From assembly GCA_951406725.2 (NCBI GenBank), contig OX597837.1:19344001-19408000 (forward strand): a stretch of 64,000 bases of DNA, read 5' to 3'. The notes below the pieces were generated by a model. It was not told the DNA's origin. It did no database searches and worked only from the letters and a program-made list of their open reading frames with translations. The first letter of the stretch is position 1. Every line of letters begins with the position of its first letter. The position numbers and the translations under genes were made by a program. Source of the DNA: Octopus vulgaris (Eukaryota). This document shows, in pieces, positions 41,947 to 54,569 of the stretch.

Positions 41947-42449
41947 CAGGTATCCCCACAGGAAAAAGCCCGGGGTAGTCAAATCTTGGGGAACGTAAAG
42001 GCCAGTTGACATTGCTGTAGTGGGATTATTCTCTCTCCAAAGCACTGCCGTAGGAACTGCTTTGTTTCTCTTGCGGAACCATGTGTAAAGTCGTCTTTGA
42101 ATGGCCAGGCACAAAAAGGTCTACTCATGGATACCTGAAAGAGAGGCTCTGCGTCAGCAAACCAGAGACCCTGCTGCAACTGAAGGAGAAAATCAATAGA
42201 GAAATTAGAGAAGTGGGGTCTGAGACTCTTGAGGGTGTTATAGTGCAAGTTTTGGAAAGAGCACGGGCGTGCGAAGCCGAAAATGGTTGCCGTTTAAGTG
42301 ATGTAAATTTTCATATGTGATGTAGTGGTGTTGCAAAATTTGACTTGTGCATATGTCCTTTATATTGTATCAAAATTTCATGCATTTATTTGTAAAGTTA
42401 AGGAAGTTATTAAAAATTGAAAACCACCAGTGACTTTTAGGACATGCTG
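41947..42449. mobile_element. Tc1/mariner (DD41D-like) 3' fragment with internal inversion
   Basis: Minus strand SARETKQFLRQCFGERII up to the coding sequence for LWGYL; plus strand GYLKERL...LQLKEKINREI...; right TIR ttttaggacatgctg followed by TA. Confidence 0.72.
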
Positions 42450-42686
42450 TATATATATGCTGCTGTTGATTAACACCGAGAGGTGATCGCTTCTAGCTAA
42501 CTATATGACGCACGAACCTGCGTCCATAAATCTTCGAACAACTTCTCTTTGCTGGCTTGGCAACCACAGACCGGTTTCGGGGAAGTTGTTCCTTATGAAT
42601 GTGGAACAGCCGAGTGTAGCAGGGGTCGCTGTTGACCACTGTTCGAAGGTTTTATTTATATGTATTCAGTGAAATACATACACTGA

Positions 42687-42729
<43 letters not shown>

Positions 42730-42939
42730 AATTACGATAAACACAAGTTTATATTATTAATTTCTACGCATTTTTCATCTTTGAGGTTGTTTGGAAAACT
42801 GCATTTGGATGCCTAACCAGAATAGATCGCCAGGGAACGCTTATTGCATTGTTCCATCATGCAATAAGCAGAGTGGAATATAAAGTTCTACGTGTGGACT
42901 TCAAATTAGCAGCTATTCACTCCTCCCCCACAGTATATG

Positions 42940-43082
<143 letters not shown>

Positions 43083-43390
43083 GATGTTGTATTCACATTT
43101 CTTTATGTGCGAAAGGGCATCGTTAACGTAGCTCGCTCCGCATCCCAACGAATGACCCTGAAGAGCTTGTCGATATTCCAGATTCAACCAATTATTGACA
43201 CTCAACAAAGCTTAGATGAGGCGCACAGTTGAGTATTGACCGCAAATCTGAGATAGTACGGATACCGACTACACACAGACTTGCTTGATCAGACAAGGGT
43301 GATCCAACTAATGGACGCGCCTCAGCCCCTGGCCATATGTGCGCTGTCTTCTTTTACAGCTTCTTATGTTACTATTAGCAGAAATGCAGG

Positions 43391-43841
43391 CAGCGCTGGA
43401 TTAACCATTGAGCAAAATAAGCGCGTGCTTAGAGCATCAAAGGACGGTGGCACCACAGAAATGAAAATGGTTTACGGCATGAAAGAAATCACTTTAGACT
43501 TGCTAAAATAATATTCGTAATGCCTTATCTCTACTAAGTATAGAAGCAGAAGTCTTACGTAAAATTAATTTTAGTGATATCATCGAACACTTTGTAATTA
43601 AATTAAAAAAAAGGAAAAATCTTTTCAAATATAAATAAAATGGAAGTATACAAAAATAAACATTATTTTCCATCTTACTGTGAATTTGGTTTCGTTTTGA
43701 AAAATAAAATATTATCTTATGGTTTATTATTGTTTACATTTTAAATTATTTTTGTTTACGTTTTGAAACATTTACATATACTTGAGGGTACCGAAACCTT
43801 TTCAGTGCTTGGGGGGTCTCCGTTGTCTTAATCTGGCCCTA
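43391..43841. mobile_element. hAT-like MITE
   Basis: Ends cagcgctggattaa and ttaatctggcccta; degenerate 8-bp flanks aatgcagg and agcgcaga. Confidence 0.55.
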
Positions 43842-44369
43842 AGCGCAGAAACAATATTTGCGGGAGTGGCGCAAACCCAGGACCAAAATGTTTTAGACAT
43901 AAGGTCGACGTTTTCAATCTTAATATCAAAACAAACACGTATAACAATAATAATTATTATTATATTTGTAGATTAAGGCGGCGAGTTAACACGTAGGGCA
44001 AAATGCTTAGCAGGATTTCGTCCGCCCTTACGTTCTGATTTCAAATTCGGCCGAGGTCGACTTAACCTTTCATCTTTTCAGGATCGATAACTTACGTGCC
44101 AGTTGAGTACTGGCGGTCAATGTAATCGACTCATCCCCTCCCATCAAATTGCTGGCCTTGTGCTAAATTTTCAAACCATTATATTGGTACATCAGATAAA
44201 TCCAATATTGTAAAAGTGTTTCAAATCAGTCCAAAGATGTTTCTGTACTCGTTCAGTTTAACGATGAAGTCTTTTTTAGGAAGGTGTTCAAAGCATTTTT
44301 ATTTCCCACTCCCTTAGGAATTTTAGGGGAAGCACTTGCACCCTCTGCGTCCCCTGTTCTCGAGCCTAT

Positions 44370-44605
44370 AACTACAAACATGGCCTTTGCTCCTTCCTAG
44401 CTCTGGCGGGGCTTATGCCAGCTCCCTTTAGACATACTCGATCTACCCGTCTTCCCCCTCTCACCACCCTCGTTGTGTCCAATAAGACCCACCCCAAACT
44501 AAATACTATGCTCTTTCATTTCCTTCAGGAACGGTGACACTCTGAAATCGCCCCTTGCTTGTGTCTTTCCCATAGGAATTAACTTACAAAAGTTCAAGAG
44601 CGTCA
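44370..44605 (+). mobile_element. Jockey/CR1-like LINE 3' fragment
   Basis: YALSFPSGTVTL*NRPLACVFPIGINLQKFKS resembles the SFFPRTxxLWNxLPxxVFPxxxNLQxFKS C-terminus. Confidence 0.5.
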
Positions 44606-44869
44606 TTGGTTTCGACCTCAGTGTTCAACTGGTATTTATTTAATCGACCCCCGAACCGATGAGAGGTACAGTCGATCCCGGTGGGACTTAAACTCAGAAC
44701 GTAAAAAGGCTAAACATTTCGCCCGGGGCACTACCGATTGTTCAAGAGTAACATTCATAACGTCAATCTCGGCTGTCCAGGAGGACTTGCAAGTGTCCTG
44801 TTCTCTGCTTCTTTTCCAGACCCAGCAACTTCACACACACACATACGCACCCCCCACACATTACATGAA

Positions 44870-45785
44870 ATATATTTGAAAGGTAACGGCAGAACAGGAC
44901 GATGATTAGATACAGGAGAGTCACCTAAACACTACCCGAACCCACCATTGCACCCTAAAAAGTTAGTGGTCACTGTATGGTGGTCTGCGATGGAAGTTAT
45001 TCATTTTCGCAAGAAAGAAAAACGGTAACAGCGACATCGTATTGCCAAGAAATTGATTGTATGCATGAGAATTTATAAAAGAAGCAACCCACACTAGTGA
45101 ATAGAGATGGCCCAATTTTGCTCCTCGACAATGCACGTCCTCATCTAATCACTGTCCTGTTCTCCTGCTGTTGTCAAGAAATCACAAGAAATGATTTGAT
45201 GCTAAAATGATCTCTTTTTCCAGTCGAGAAAGCAATAAGAAGCACACTTCAAGGCGTCTGTTTTTTTTAATCTCGTTCTATTGATGTGGAACAAACCTAT
45301 CCGTTTTCTTGACTTCTCCAATTTTTTCAGGTGTCCAAAAGCATTTGGGCGAGATGTTTGGAGTTCTGATAACAGTTTAGGAACCTTTGTTCTCGGATTT
45401 TGTTCAACGAAAGCATTAAATCCATCATGCCAAATAACTGATTTTGGCCTACCCCTTGATTCGTTGTCAAGGCTATCATCTCCTGAACGAGAGCTTTGGA
45501 ACCATCTCTGAACAGTTCTGATGTCAATAAAGCCATTACCAGAGGCCCGCTTGATATTCCGTGGAGCTTCTGTGGCAGAATGACCCAATTTGTTCTCATA
45601 CGAGAAAATCACTCAACATAGTTTGGTTATCATTTTCATAAGGTCTGTGGGTACGAATTTTGTATTCCAATATTGTTGGGAAAGAAAAAGAGTCAAGATT
45701 AAAAGCAAGGTATACATAATCGAGTTTTTAAATGACTGAAATAACAAGTAATTAAAAATGCGACATTTCATGTGAAACAACCTAA
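44870..45785. mobile_element. Mariner relic with halves in opposite orientation
   Basis: Minus strand 45146-45785: TIR plus N-terminus (LGHSATEAPRNI...RTVQRWFQ...RGRP). Plus strand 44870-45150: catalytic part (YCQEID...PILLLDNARPH). Confidence 0.8.
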
Positions 45786-45974
45786 TATATACACTTTTAT
45801 GTATTCCAGTAGTATATTCTTGGTCATGGCATTATAACCAGTCAAAAAGTTACTACTGCTTTCTGGCAGAATATATACCATAACCAAGGATATACTGCTC
45901 GAATATATAAAAGTATAACTGCTCGAAATTTCTTTTCGAGTATAATTTTTTTCTGACTTATGAGCATCTGGCCG

Positions 45975-46861
45975 TGAAGATTAGAGGCTTCGAATGACCC
46001 GTCCGTTTTTTGTGTCGTCTCTTTCAGTGTTTTGCGTTCTTGTCCCATTTTGTATTTTTATATATATTTTTTATACATATATTATTGCGGCGTAACGTAC
46101 ATCTTGTTCTGTTATGTATGTAAGCATTCCACTATTGTACGACTTCAACATACACTTTCTCTATACTTCACTAGTCTCTGTCTTTCTCTTTTCTTGCCTC
46201 TGATTCTTTGGTCTCCTCTTCCCCCACTCTCTCACATTTCTCTGTCTTTCTCACTTTGCACCTCACTGATTCTGTCGCCAAGCCAATCCTTGGCACGCTC
46301 TCTTTCTTCTCCCCTCTTTAATTCCTTCTTTCTTTCTCTTCTCCTCCCCTTTGGTGCCTTTGTCCCTCTTTTTCTCTCTCTCTTTGATTCCTTTGCCCCC
46401 TTTTTTTCTCTCTCTTCTCCTCTCACGTGACCGCCGGTCAACTAGCCTTTCGGCTTCTGACCACCGCCACGACAACATCGTTTTCTTCGTCTGCCGCAAA
46501 GGCATTTTTTTCCAAATACGCCAGCTAAGCTAAGTTGAACTGTCTAAAGTCGTAAGACACCCGCTGTTTTTGTCCTGTTATTACTATTATTGTTTTTGTA
46601 TTTATATTCGTGTGGCATCGTCCGTTTTTCTGTCCTTGTTTCGTATACATTCGATCCTTTTTCCAAGAAATCTAATGCTCGTAGCTTAGTTTTTCCTTGG
46701 GGCTGGCCGGATCGGAGCGATCTTAAGATTAATCAGCCGAAATTGCGAGGATGATCCGGTTCTTGACTGAAGATTAGAGGCTTCGAATGACCCGTCCGTT
46801 TTTGTGTCGTCTCTTTCAGTATTTTGCGTTCTTGTCCCATTTTGTACTTTTATATATATTT

Positions 46862-46866
<5 letters not shown>
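45975..46866 (+). mobile_element. Non-coding element with ~100-bp terminal direct repeats (Penelope pLTR-like)
   Basis: 45975-46076 nearly identical to 46768-46866. Confidence 0.7.
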
Positions 46867-46948
<82 letters not shown>

Positions 46949-47099
46949 TGCAGAATCCTACTTTAGTACCTCATTGTATTGCAACAGTAGCAATGGTTGT
47001 TCGGTCGCTATAGTAGCGGGGAGTATGTCTGGGCATGTCCAACTATATATAAAGAGAAGACTGGAGAATTTTTCGTATTATTTATTCCATATTACGTAT

Positions 47100-48460
47100 G
47101 TTTCATTATCTAGTAGAAGTAACATAGCAAATAAACACAAAACGCATGCACAGGGTCCTAATACTATCAGAACATAAAACTTGGTACAAAATGACCAAGA
47201 AATAATCGATAAAAATCCGGAAAGTCAATCGAGGATTCAGAATGCATATCAACAGATTTGTGCATGAGGTCATCCGGTACAACTCGTAGGTGATGCGGAG
47301 GGGCGAGTTTATGTTGTATGTGACAACAGAGAATTGATCGAGCTGTGCAGAGAGCTCTAGCTAAACAGATTAAAACATTAAGAGGCTGGAATGCTTTGGT
47401 TTTTTCCCGATGTGAAAAAAACTTCGATCAGGACCAAAAGGTGAACCGAAGCAACGATAGATGGTTATGCAGAAATCAGAATGCGGTTCCAACGGTCATG
47501 CATACTAAGTTGTGGAGGTGCAATGGCCCAGTGGTTAGGGCAGCGGACTCGCGGTCGTAGGATCGCGGTTTCGATTCCCAGACCGGGCGTTGTGAGTGTT
47601 TATTGAGCGAAAACACCTAAAGCTCCACAAGGCTCCGGCAAGAATGGTGGTGATCCTTGCTGTACTCTTTCACCACAACTTTCTCTCACTCTTACTTCCT
47701 GTTTCTGTTGTACCTGTATTTCAAAGGTCCGACCTTGTCACTCTCTGTGTCACACTGAATATCCCCGAGAACTACGTTAAGGGTACACGTGTCTGTGGAG
47801 TGCTCAGCCACTTACACGTTAATTTCACGAGCAGGCTGTTCCGTTGATCGGATCAACCGGAACCCTCGTCGTCGTAACCGACGGAGTGGTTCCAGCATAC
47901 TAAGTTCCCAACAACTGTGATGGTTCTGGTGTTGTTAGCATAGGACTTAAGAGCAAAAGTTGCTGTTTGCACAAAGATGTTGGAGAAAGTTGTGAGGTTC
48001 TGGGTAGACAGAATATGCAACGAAAGACCGTACCCCTTCCAACAAGACTCTTCGTCATCGATTAACGTTAGGACAACTCAATCGTGCCAAAGCCATGATT
48101 ATGTTCTTCCAGACACATGGCTTCCTCGCTTAACAGACCCCAAACCACTGGATTATTATATATGGGGCACAGTCAAGAGAGAGGTCAAGCAACACTCCCA
48201 TAACACCATTCAATCTCCCAAGCCCGCCATAACCAGCACTATGTTCAAAATCGATAAAGATCATTTTATTCAAGCATGTCAATGCTCCCGACCCTGAATT
48301 GAAGCTGTCATTGATGCTAACAGTGGATTCATTGAAAAGGTGTGACAAAAGGATTCTTAAGATTATTCCTACCAATTTGTTTTCAAATACAGCTTTTCTT
48401 TGATGACTACGTGTCTTTTTCTAAATTCCTAGAAATGACCTCAAAACTCTGACGCACCTT
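47100..48460 (+). mobile_element. maT/DD37D-like mariner relic interrupted by a SINE
   Basis: EKNFDQDQKVNRSNDRWL...VMHTK|FPTTVMV, FQQDS, PLDYYIWG. Confidence 0.8.
47512..47894 (+). mobile_element. tRNA-derived SINE (head A + tail Y) with 12-bp TSD
   Basis: TSD GCATACTAAGTT at 47500-47511 and 47895-47906; head shared with 15604-15910. Confidence 0.9.
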
Positions 48461-48649
48461 ATTTATAAAAACATATACTTTTAATAGAACTGTATCTGTG
48501 TGAATGTCTGCATAAATATATGGGAACACTCACATACACACCTATATTTTCAAACATGTGTTTTTACTTATAAAATAAATTGAAGTACTCAGTACATTTT
48601 TGTAAGGAAATATGCATGAATCATGGACGCGTACAAGGTCTCTCTCTTC

Positions 48650-48704
<55 letters not shown>

Positions 48705-48732
48705 TATTTCTCTCTTTCTTTCTTTCTTTCTC

Positions 48733-48784
<52 letters not shown>

Positions 48785-48808
48785 TATCTCTCTCTTTCTT
48801 TCTTTCTC

Positions 48809-48857
<49 letters not shown>

Positions 48858-48858
48858 T

Positions 48859-48889
<31 letters not shown>

Positions 48890-48890
48890 T
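48650..48890. repeat. (TTTC)n/(CT)n microsatellite
   Basis: Direct reading. Confidence 0.97.
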
Positions 48891-49253
48891 ATATATATAA
48901 TTTTTTTTCTTCTCAGTCTCTATGCCTTTCTTTCTATCTCTCTCTCTCTCTCTCTCTCCCCTCTGTCTTTTCCACTTAGTCTCTATGTATGCCTTTCTGT
49001 CTGTCTGTATGTCTTTCTAACTGTCTCTTACTCTGTCTCTCTCTTTCTCTCTCACTCTCTCTTCCCATATGTCTCCTTCCCTCTTTTTCTCTCTCTCCCT
49101 CTTTCTTACTCTCCCTCTCTCTCTCTCTCAATCTCTTTATACACATATTACTTGTTTAAACACACACACACAAATGATGCATCCTTCGTCGATTTCGATG
49201 ATGAGCGTTCACTCGTTCGATCAAATGAAATACGTGCTCGTAAAATTAATGAG

Positions 49254-49308
<55 letters not shown>

Positions 49309-49312
<4 letters not shown>

Positions 49313-49592
49313 CAACGGAACACCTTGCTCATGAAATTAACGTGCAAGTGGCTGAGCACTCCACAGACACGTGTACCCTTAACGTAGTTCTCAGGGAGAT
49401 TCAGCGTGTCATAGAGTCTGACAAGGCTGGCCCTTTGAAATACAGGTACTACTCTTTTTTGCCAGCTGAGTGAACTGGAGCAACGTGAAATAAAGTGTCT
49501 TGCTCAAGGACACAATGTCTCACCGGGAATTGAACTCACAACTTTACGTTCGTGAGCCGAATGCCCCTAACCACTGAGCCACACGCCTTCAC
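49309..49592 (-). mobile_element. tRNA-derived SINE (head B + tail Y)
   Basis: Head and central part match 12358; tail matches 47512 (gagaactacgttaagggtacacgtgtctgtggagtgctcagccac). Confidence 0.85.
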
Positions 49593-49756
49593 ATACACAT
49601 GCACACACACACACGCACACACACACACACACATATGTACATATCACAATAATAATAAAAGGGTAAAATTAATGAACTAATTAATCAATTAATTAATTAA
49701 TAATTAATAATTTTACCAAGTAGTCAGTACGTTAAAATAACCTTTTAAGGTAAAAT

Positions 49757-50091
49757 TATGCAAACGTTCTTTAATTATAAGCATAATTATAATCAGGGGT
49801 CAGCTAATTGCTTCGCCACGCACCGAATTTAGAAATAGGAGTTAAAATGCCTTATCTACTACAATAAAGATCTCCCAGACAGTAACACCCAATTTTACAC
49901 CGGCTAAAAGAAAGGTGGGTCGTGTGAATTCGTTATTTTTTCTTTTTGTTTACGTAAAAAAGTGTGTTATTGTCTGGAAGATCTTTATGGTAATAGATAA
50001 GGCATTTTAACTCCTATTTCTAAATTCGGTGGGTGGCAAAGCAATTAACTGACCACTGATTATAATTATGCTTATAATTAAAGAATATTTG

Positions 50092-50094
<3 letters not shown>
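49757..50094. repeat. Long inverted repeat (~130-bp arms)
   Basis: 49757-49887 versus 49964-50094. Confidence 0.85.
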
Positions 50095-50171
<77 letters not shown>

Positions 50172-50469
50172 TATACACATATATACATATATACATATAT
50201 ATATATACGTCTGGTTTCTTTCAGTTTCCGTCTACCAAATCCACCCACAAGGCTTTGGTCGACACGAGGTCATAGTAGAGGACACTTGCCCAAGGTGCCA
50301 AGGGACTGAACCCGAAACCATGTAGTTGGTAAGCAATCTTCTTACCACACAACCACCCCATATATATGTATATATATATACACACACTCACATACATACA
50401 TATGCCGATATAAACGTACACAAACACACAGAGAAACACACACACACACACATTCATTTCTTGCATGTG

Positions 50470-51060
50470 AATATTGTCAATATTAATTCTGTTTTCTTTA
50501 TATACAGTGCGAAAACGCGGCCGACTACTTTTCCATTTAACAAAATTTAACTGATTCCTAAACACACAGTGCCAATATGCATACGTGAAATGAGATCTCC
50601 ACTTTACATTAAAAGGAAATATCTCGATGTGCTTTATTTTTTTTCGCTCGTTGAAGAGGTGCAACTTAAAATGTTTTAACATTTCGTGTTAAGTTTAAAA
50701 TGTTTCTTTATTTCATTCAGGCATCTTTGTTAAATTTAATTCCACCCTCCCTACCGACACATATTCTATATATGCATAAAGTATGTTTTGGTCATTATCA
50801 TTAATCCATGATTTCATTTCCACGATACATTTTTCAATATTACAATCATAAGTCGACATGCGATGACAGATTTTAGCAATTCCACCCTGTAGCACCTCCG
50901 TTGCATTTGTCTCTTAAGAACTCTTGTTTCTTTCTTTGAGCGAGAATCATGTGTCTCGGATGATTCCTTTGAGAGTTGTACCTTTCATTTCATTGTATTT
51001 CTGAACATTTCCAATTTTCCTTTAATTTTTCTGTCAGTTAAAGTTTCCTGTGTTGCAGTA
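50470..51060 (-). mobile_element. Possible Helitron Rep N-terminal relic
   Basis: Faint translated resemblance only. Confidence 0.25.
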
Positions 51061-51063
51061 AAC

Positions 51064-51367
51064 ATTCTACCACCATCTACCACCATTCTACCACCATTCT
51101 ACCACAATCTACCATCATTTTACCACCATCTACCGCCATTCTGCCGCAATTCTACCACCATTCTACCACAATCTACTACCATACTAACACCATATATCGC
51201 CATTCTACCACATCTACCACCATTCTACCACCATTATACCACAATTCTACCACCATCTGCCACCATCTGCGACCATTCACCACCATTCTACTACCATCTA
51301 CTACCATTCTAACACCATCTACTACCATTCTAACACCATTCTACCACTTTTCTACCACCATCTACAA
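51064..51367. repeat. Minisatellite, 10-11-bp unit (CTACCACCATT)
   Basis: Direct reading, about 28 degenerate units. Confidence 0.9.
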
Positions 51368-51838
51368 TCAGTTCTTAAAGGTATTTTCAGGCGTATGATA
51401 TTTTATCTTTTATCATCTACTTGTTTCAGTCATTGAACAGCGGTCATGCTGGGGCACCGCCTTCATATATTATGTTTTTTTTTGTCTTTTTTTTTAAAGT
51501 CTGGCGCTTATTGCATCAATCACTTTTTCCAAACTATTAAATACCGGGGACGGAAATAAACCAGCACCGGTTGTCAAGTGATGGTGTGGAGACAAACAAT
51601 CATAAGGAAACATACACACATATATACGTATGTATATCTGTGTGTGTATGTATATATATATGAAGAAGGGGAAAAAAGAAAGAAAATAGGAAAGCTTCTG
51701 ACAATGCAGAAAGTTTCACATTGTCAGAAGCTTTCTTACTTTCTCTCTTGTTTCTTCTTTTTTGATATAACTACAACGCTCTTATATATATATATATATA
51801 CATACATACATACATGCATACATACATACATACATACA

Positions 51839-51955
<117 letters not shown>

Positions 51956-52028
51956 GTATGTATATATATATATTTGTGTGTGTGTGCGTGTGTATAATAT
52001 AATATGTGACAATTGTTCGGTTGGCATT

Positions 52029-52087
52029 ATAAAACTCCGAGTTTCAGATGTCGGGGCGGAAAACTGCTCCGGCATCTCGTCAGTTAT
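52029..52087 (-). ncRNA. Type I hammerhead ribozyme-like motif (Penelope-associated)
   Basis: ATAA-CTGACGA-GATGCCGGAGCAG TTTT CCGCCCCGACATC-T-GAAA-CTC G GAG-TT-TTAT. Confidence 0.6.
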
Positions 52088-52164
52088 TAAGACTTACAGA
52101 TAAATTCCTCTATTTACATAATATCGAGGTTTCGTTCTTTCTTTTGTTGTCATACTGTTACATA

Positions 52165-52242
<78 letters not shown>

Positions 52243-52399
52243 CAAAAAACAAAAGACAAAGATAAGTGAGAGAACAAGAAGAAGATGTAAAATGGAAAAG
52301 TCTTTGGCGTTGCCAGCCTACGCTCTTCGACAAAAAGGAATGATAGACACAAAATATTGCAGAGTAGAAATGATTTGTTGAAGGTGCCTCAATATGTTG

Positions 52400-53700
52400 T
52401 CTGTGAAATAGGCTTCTAAAACACACAGGCATGCCCAACAACCAAGCCAAGTAAGAAGTTAAGATCGCTTATGACATTCAGTAATGTTGTGGGTATTCGT
52501 TTACGTTTTTCCTCTTTATCATTTGTCAATTTAAGCAATGGCTCAATACAGATAATTACTACTGCGTTACATTTTCCTTCATAACCTTCACGAGCATTTT
52601 GTTGCACCATGACTTTTAAGTGACCCTTAGCTCCGTTCTCTGTCGCCTGTGATGCTGGGGGTACAACCTCAGCTATGATATCAAGAACTTCATTTGGGAC
52701 AACAGGTGAGATCTACTGCTTATAGTCGATCGATTTCACTTTCTAGCTTTTCTTCCCGCAGAAAACCCCCAAATACCTTGAATCGAAGCTGTAGAACTAC
52801 TAACCTTTACATCAGTAACTTACTACTGTACGCTGCAGGATATCGTTGAGCATATTCTTGTCAAGCAATGACTAATAGAGTGGCATAGTAATTTTCAAGT
52901 AGTCTTAGTTGTTCCTTATTTGATGTTTGTATACAGCGTTTAGTTTGGCCTAACACTGACTTTAATGGTTAGCGTTCGCTCAATAAGCTATTCACTTCTA
53001 GTGATAACTCTAATCCAACAATGACGAAATATTATTCAAGGAATAATATTTCAAGGGTTTCATACCTTTAAAGTATATAATGGTCTCCGAATAATATTAT
53101 TTATTGTATCAGAAGTATGTTTCTTCTTTGCATTCTTTTGTGCCTATTTCCACAGCAATTTTGCACTTAACATAAGTATTGGATCCTGGTGACACCCTAT
53201 CGATATTATCCCCTTAAATCTATTTCAAATTCCTCTTTTTAATTCTGCTATCCTTTTAGTTACCAGAATATCATTTGCAAATGAATAAGATTTTTAAATC
53301 CGCCACTCGTTCACTAACATACACTTTTCACGGGCGTTGTGTACTTTACAAGAGTGATACGAAGCCTGACATTTCTGAATGTCATAGGAGTAAGCCAAGC
53401 ATAAAACTTAAACCGTTTACTATTGAAATCTTTCAAACTAGACCCCTTCTCGAATTTATTTGATTTACTTTGTGTCAAACTAGGATGAAGATTTGCTCCA
53501 GTTTCAGTGATATACTTCTGCAGAAACAATGGAACTAGGGGAAATTCATGGAACACATTCACTTCGATGTCATGTTTTCAGACATGGAAGAACCAGACTT
53601 CGAGGAGAGGAATTGGATGTATTTTGGGATGTCCGATGCGTCTCTGTTAACAGGGCTGTTGTAAGCAATAGTTAATGAAACAATAGGGTTTATTATTATA
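52400..53700 (-). mobile_element. Highly degenerate LTR-retrotransposon (Gypsy-like) pol relic
   Basis: Across frames PVVPNEV / LRLYPQHHRRQRT...KSWCNKM...KENVTQ / IICIE resembles integrase H2C2; VADLK resembles an RT motif. Confidence 0.35.
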
Positions 53701-54269
53701 TCACTTTTGTCATCAACACTCTCTACTTTATATATATTAGAGAGCCTTGTGTGTGGTAGCAGGATTCGGGTCCTTGTCCTAAATCTGGCAAGCGACAGAA
53801 GTGATTGTCGGATAATTTCTACAACTTTTCTAGCCCCAATTATTGCTCTCTTATTTCCCTCGATTAATATCCCATGAATTACTATGCGTGGGGAACCAAC
53901 AGCTCAGCCTGCAACTTCAAGCCTAATTCGAATATCTTCTCAGGGACACAATGAGGAACGCATGAGCTAGGTTCCGGAGTCGTCTTGAGGTGGTAGAAGC
54001 TTAATGCAGCCACTTTGAATAAACTGTTATCTCCCAGCCATAATCTAGGTCATATTCACTGATTTATTTTTTTAATATGGTGTTTTCCTTTCCTTTTATA
54101 CAAACTGTCAATTTTAGCCTGAACACCCTGTACATATGCGTGCGTGTGTCTACATACATACATACATACATACATACATAAGCTAATTCGAAGACTACAG
54201 ATCCAGATTGATCCAGCGGTTTGACCGTGCATAGAGAACACACACACACACAGAGTGAATTTTTATAGA

Positions 54270-54314
<45 letters not shown>

Positions 54315-54569
54315 ACAACTTCAATATCCATATATATATTACATCTATTTTCTTTCCTCCACCTCACTCTCTAATTTGTATCACAGCTAAACTAACTATG
54401 ACTTAACCAACCTCTCACACCGTCACTGATGAACGGAGATAATTGAGAAAGACTTGAAAGTTGAACGTTAGATCGTAGTCATGTAAAGAAAATATAACAA
54501 ATAATCTAAAATCGCTGTCTGGTAGAAGATCGATCCCCAAATCAGTTCGTGTCAGTCACGATGCCACAC

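Noticed and set aside
54420-54525. CTGATGA-containing hammerhead candidate
   Set aside because: GAAA is missing (AAAA) and the stem I partner is poor; too decayed to report.
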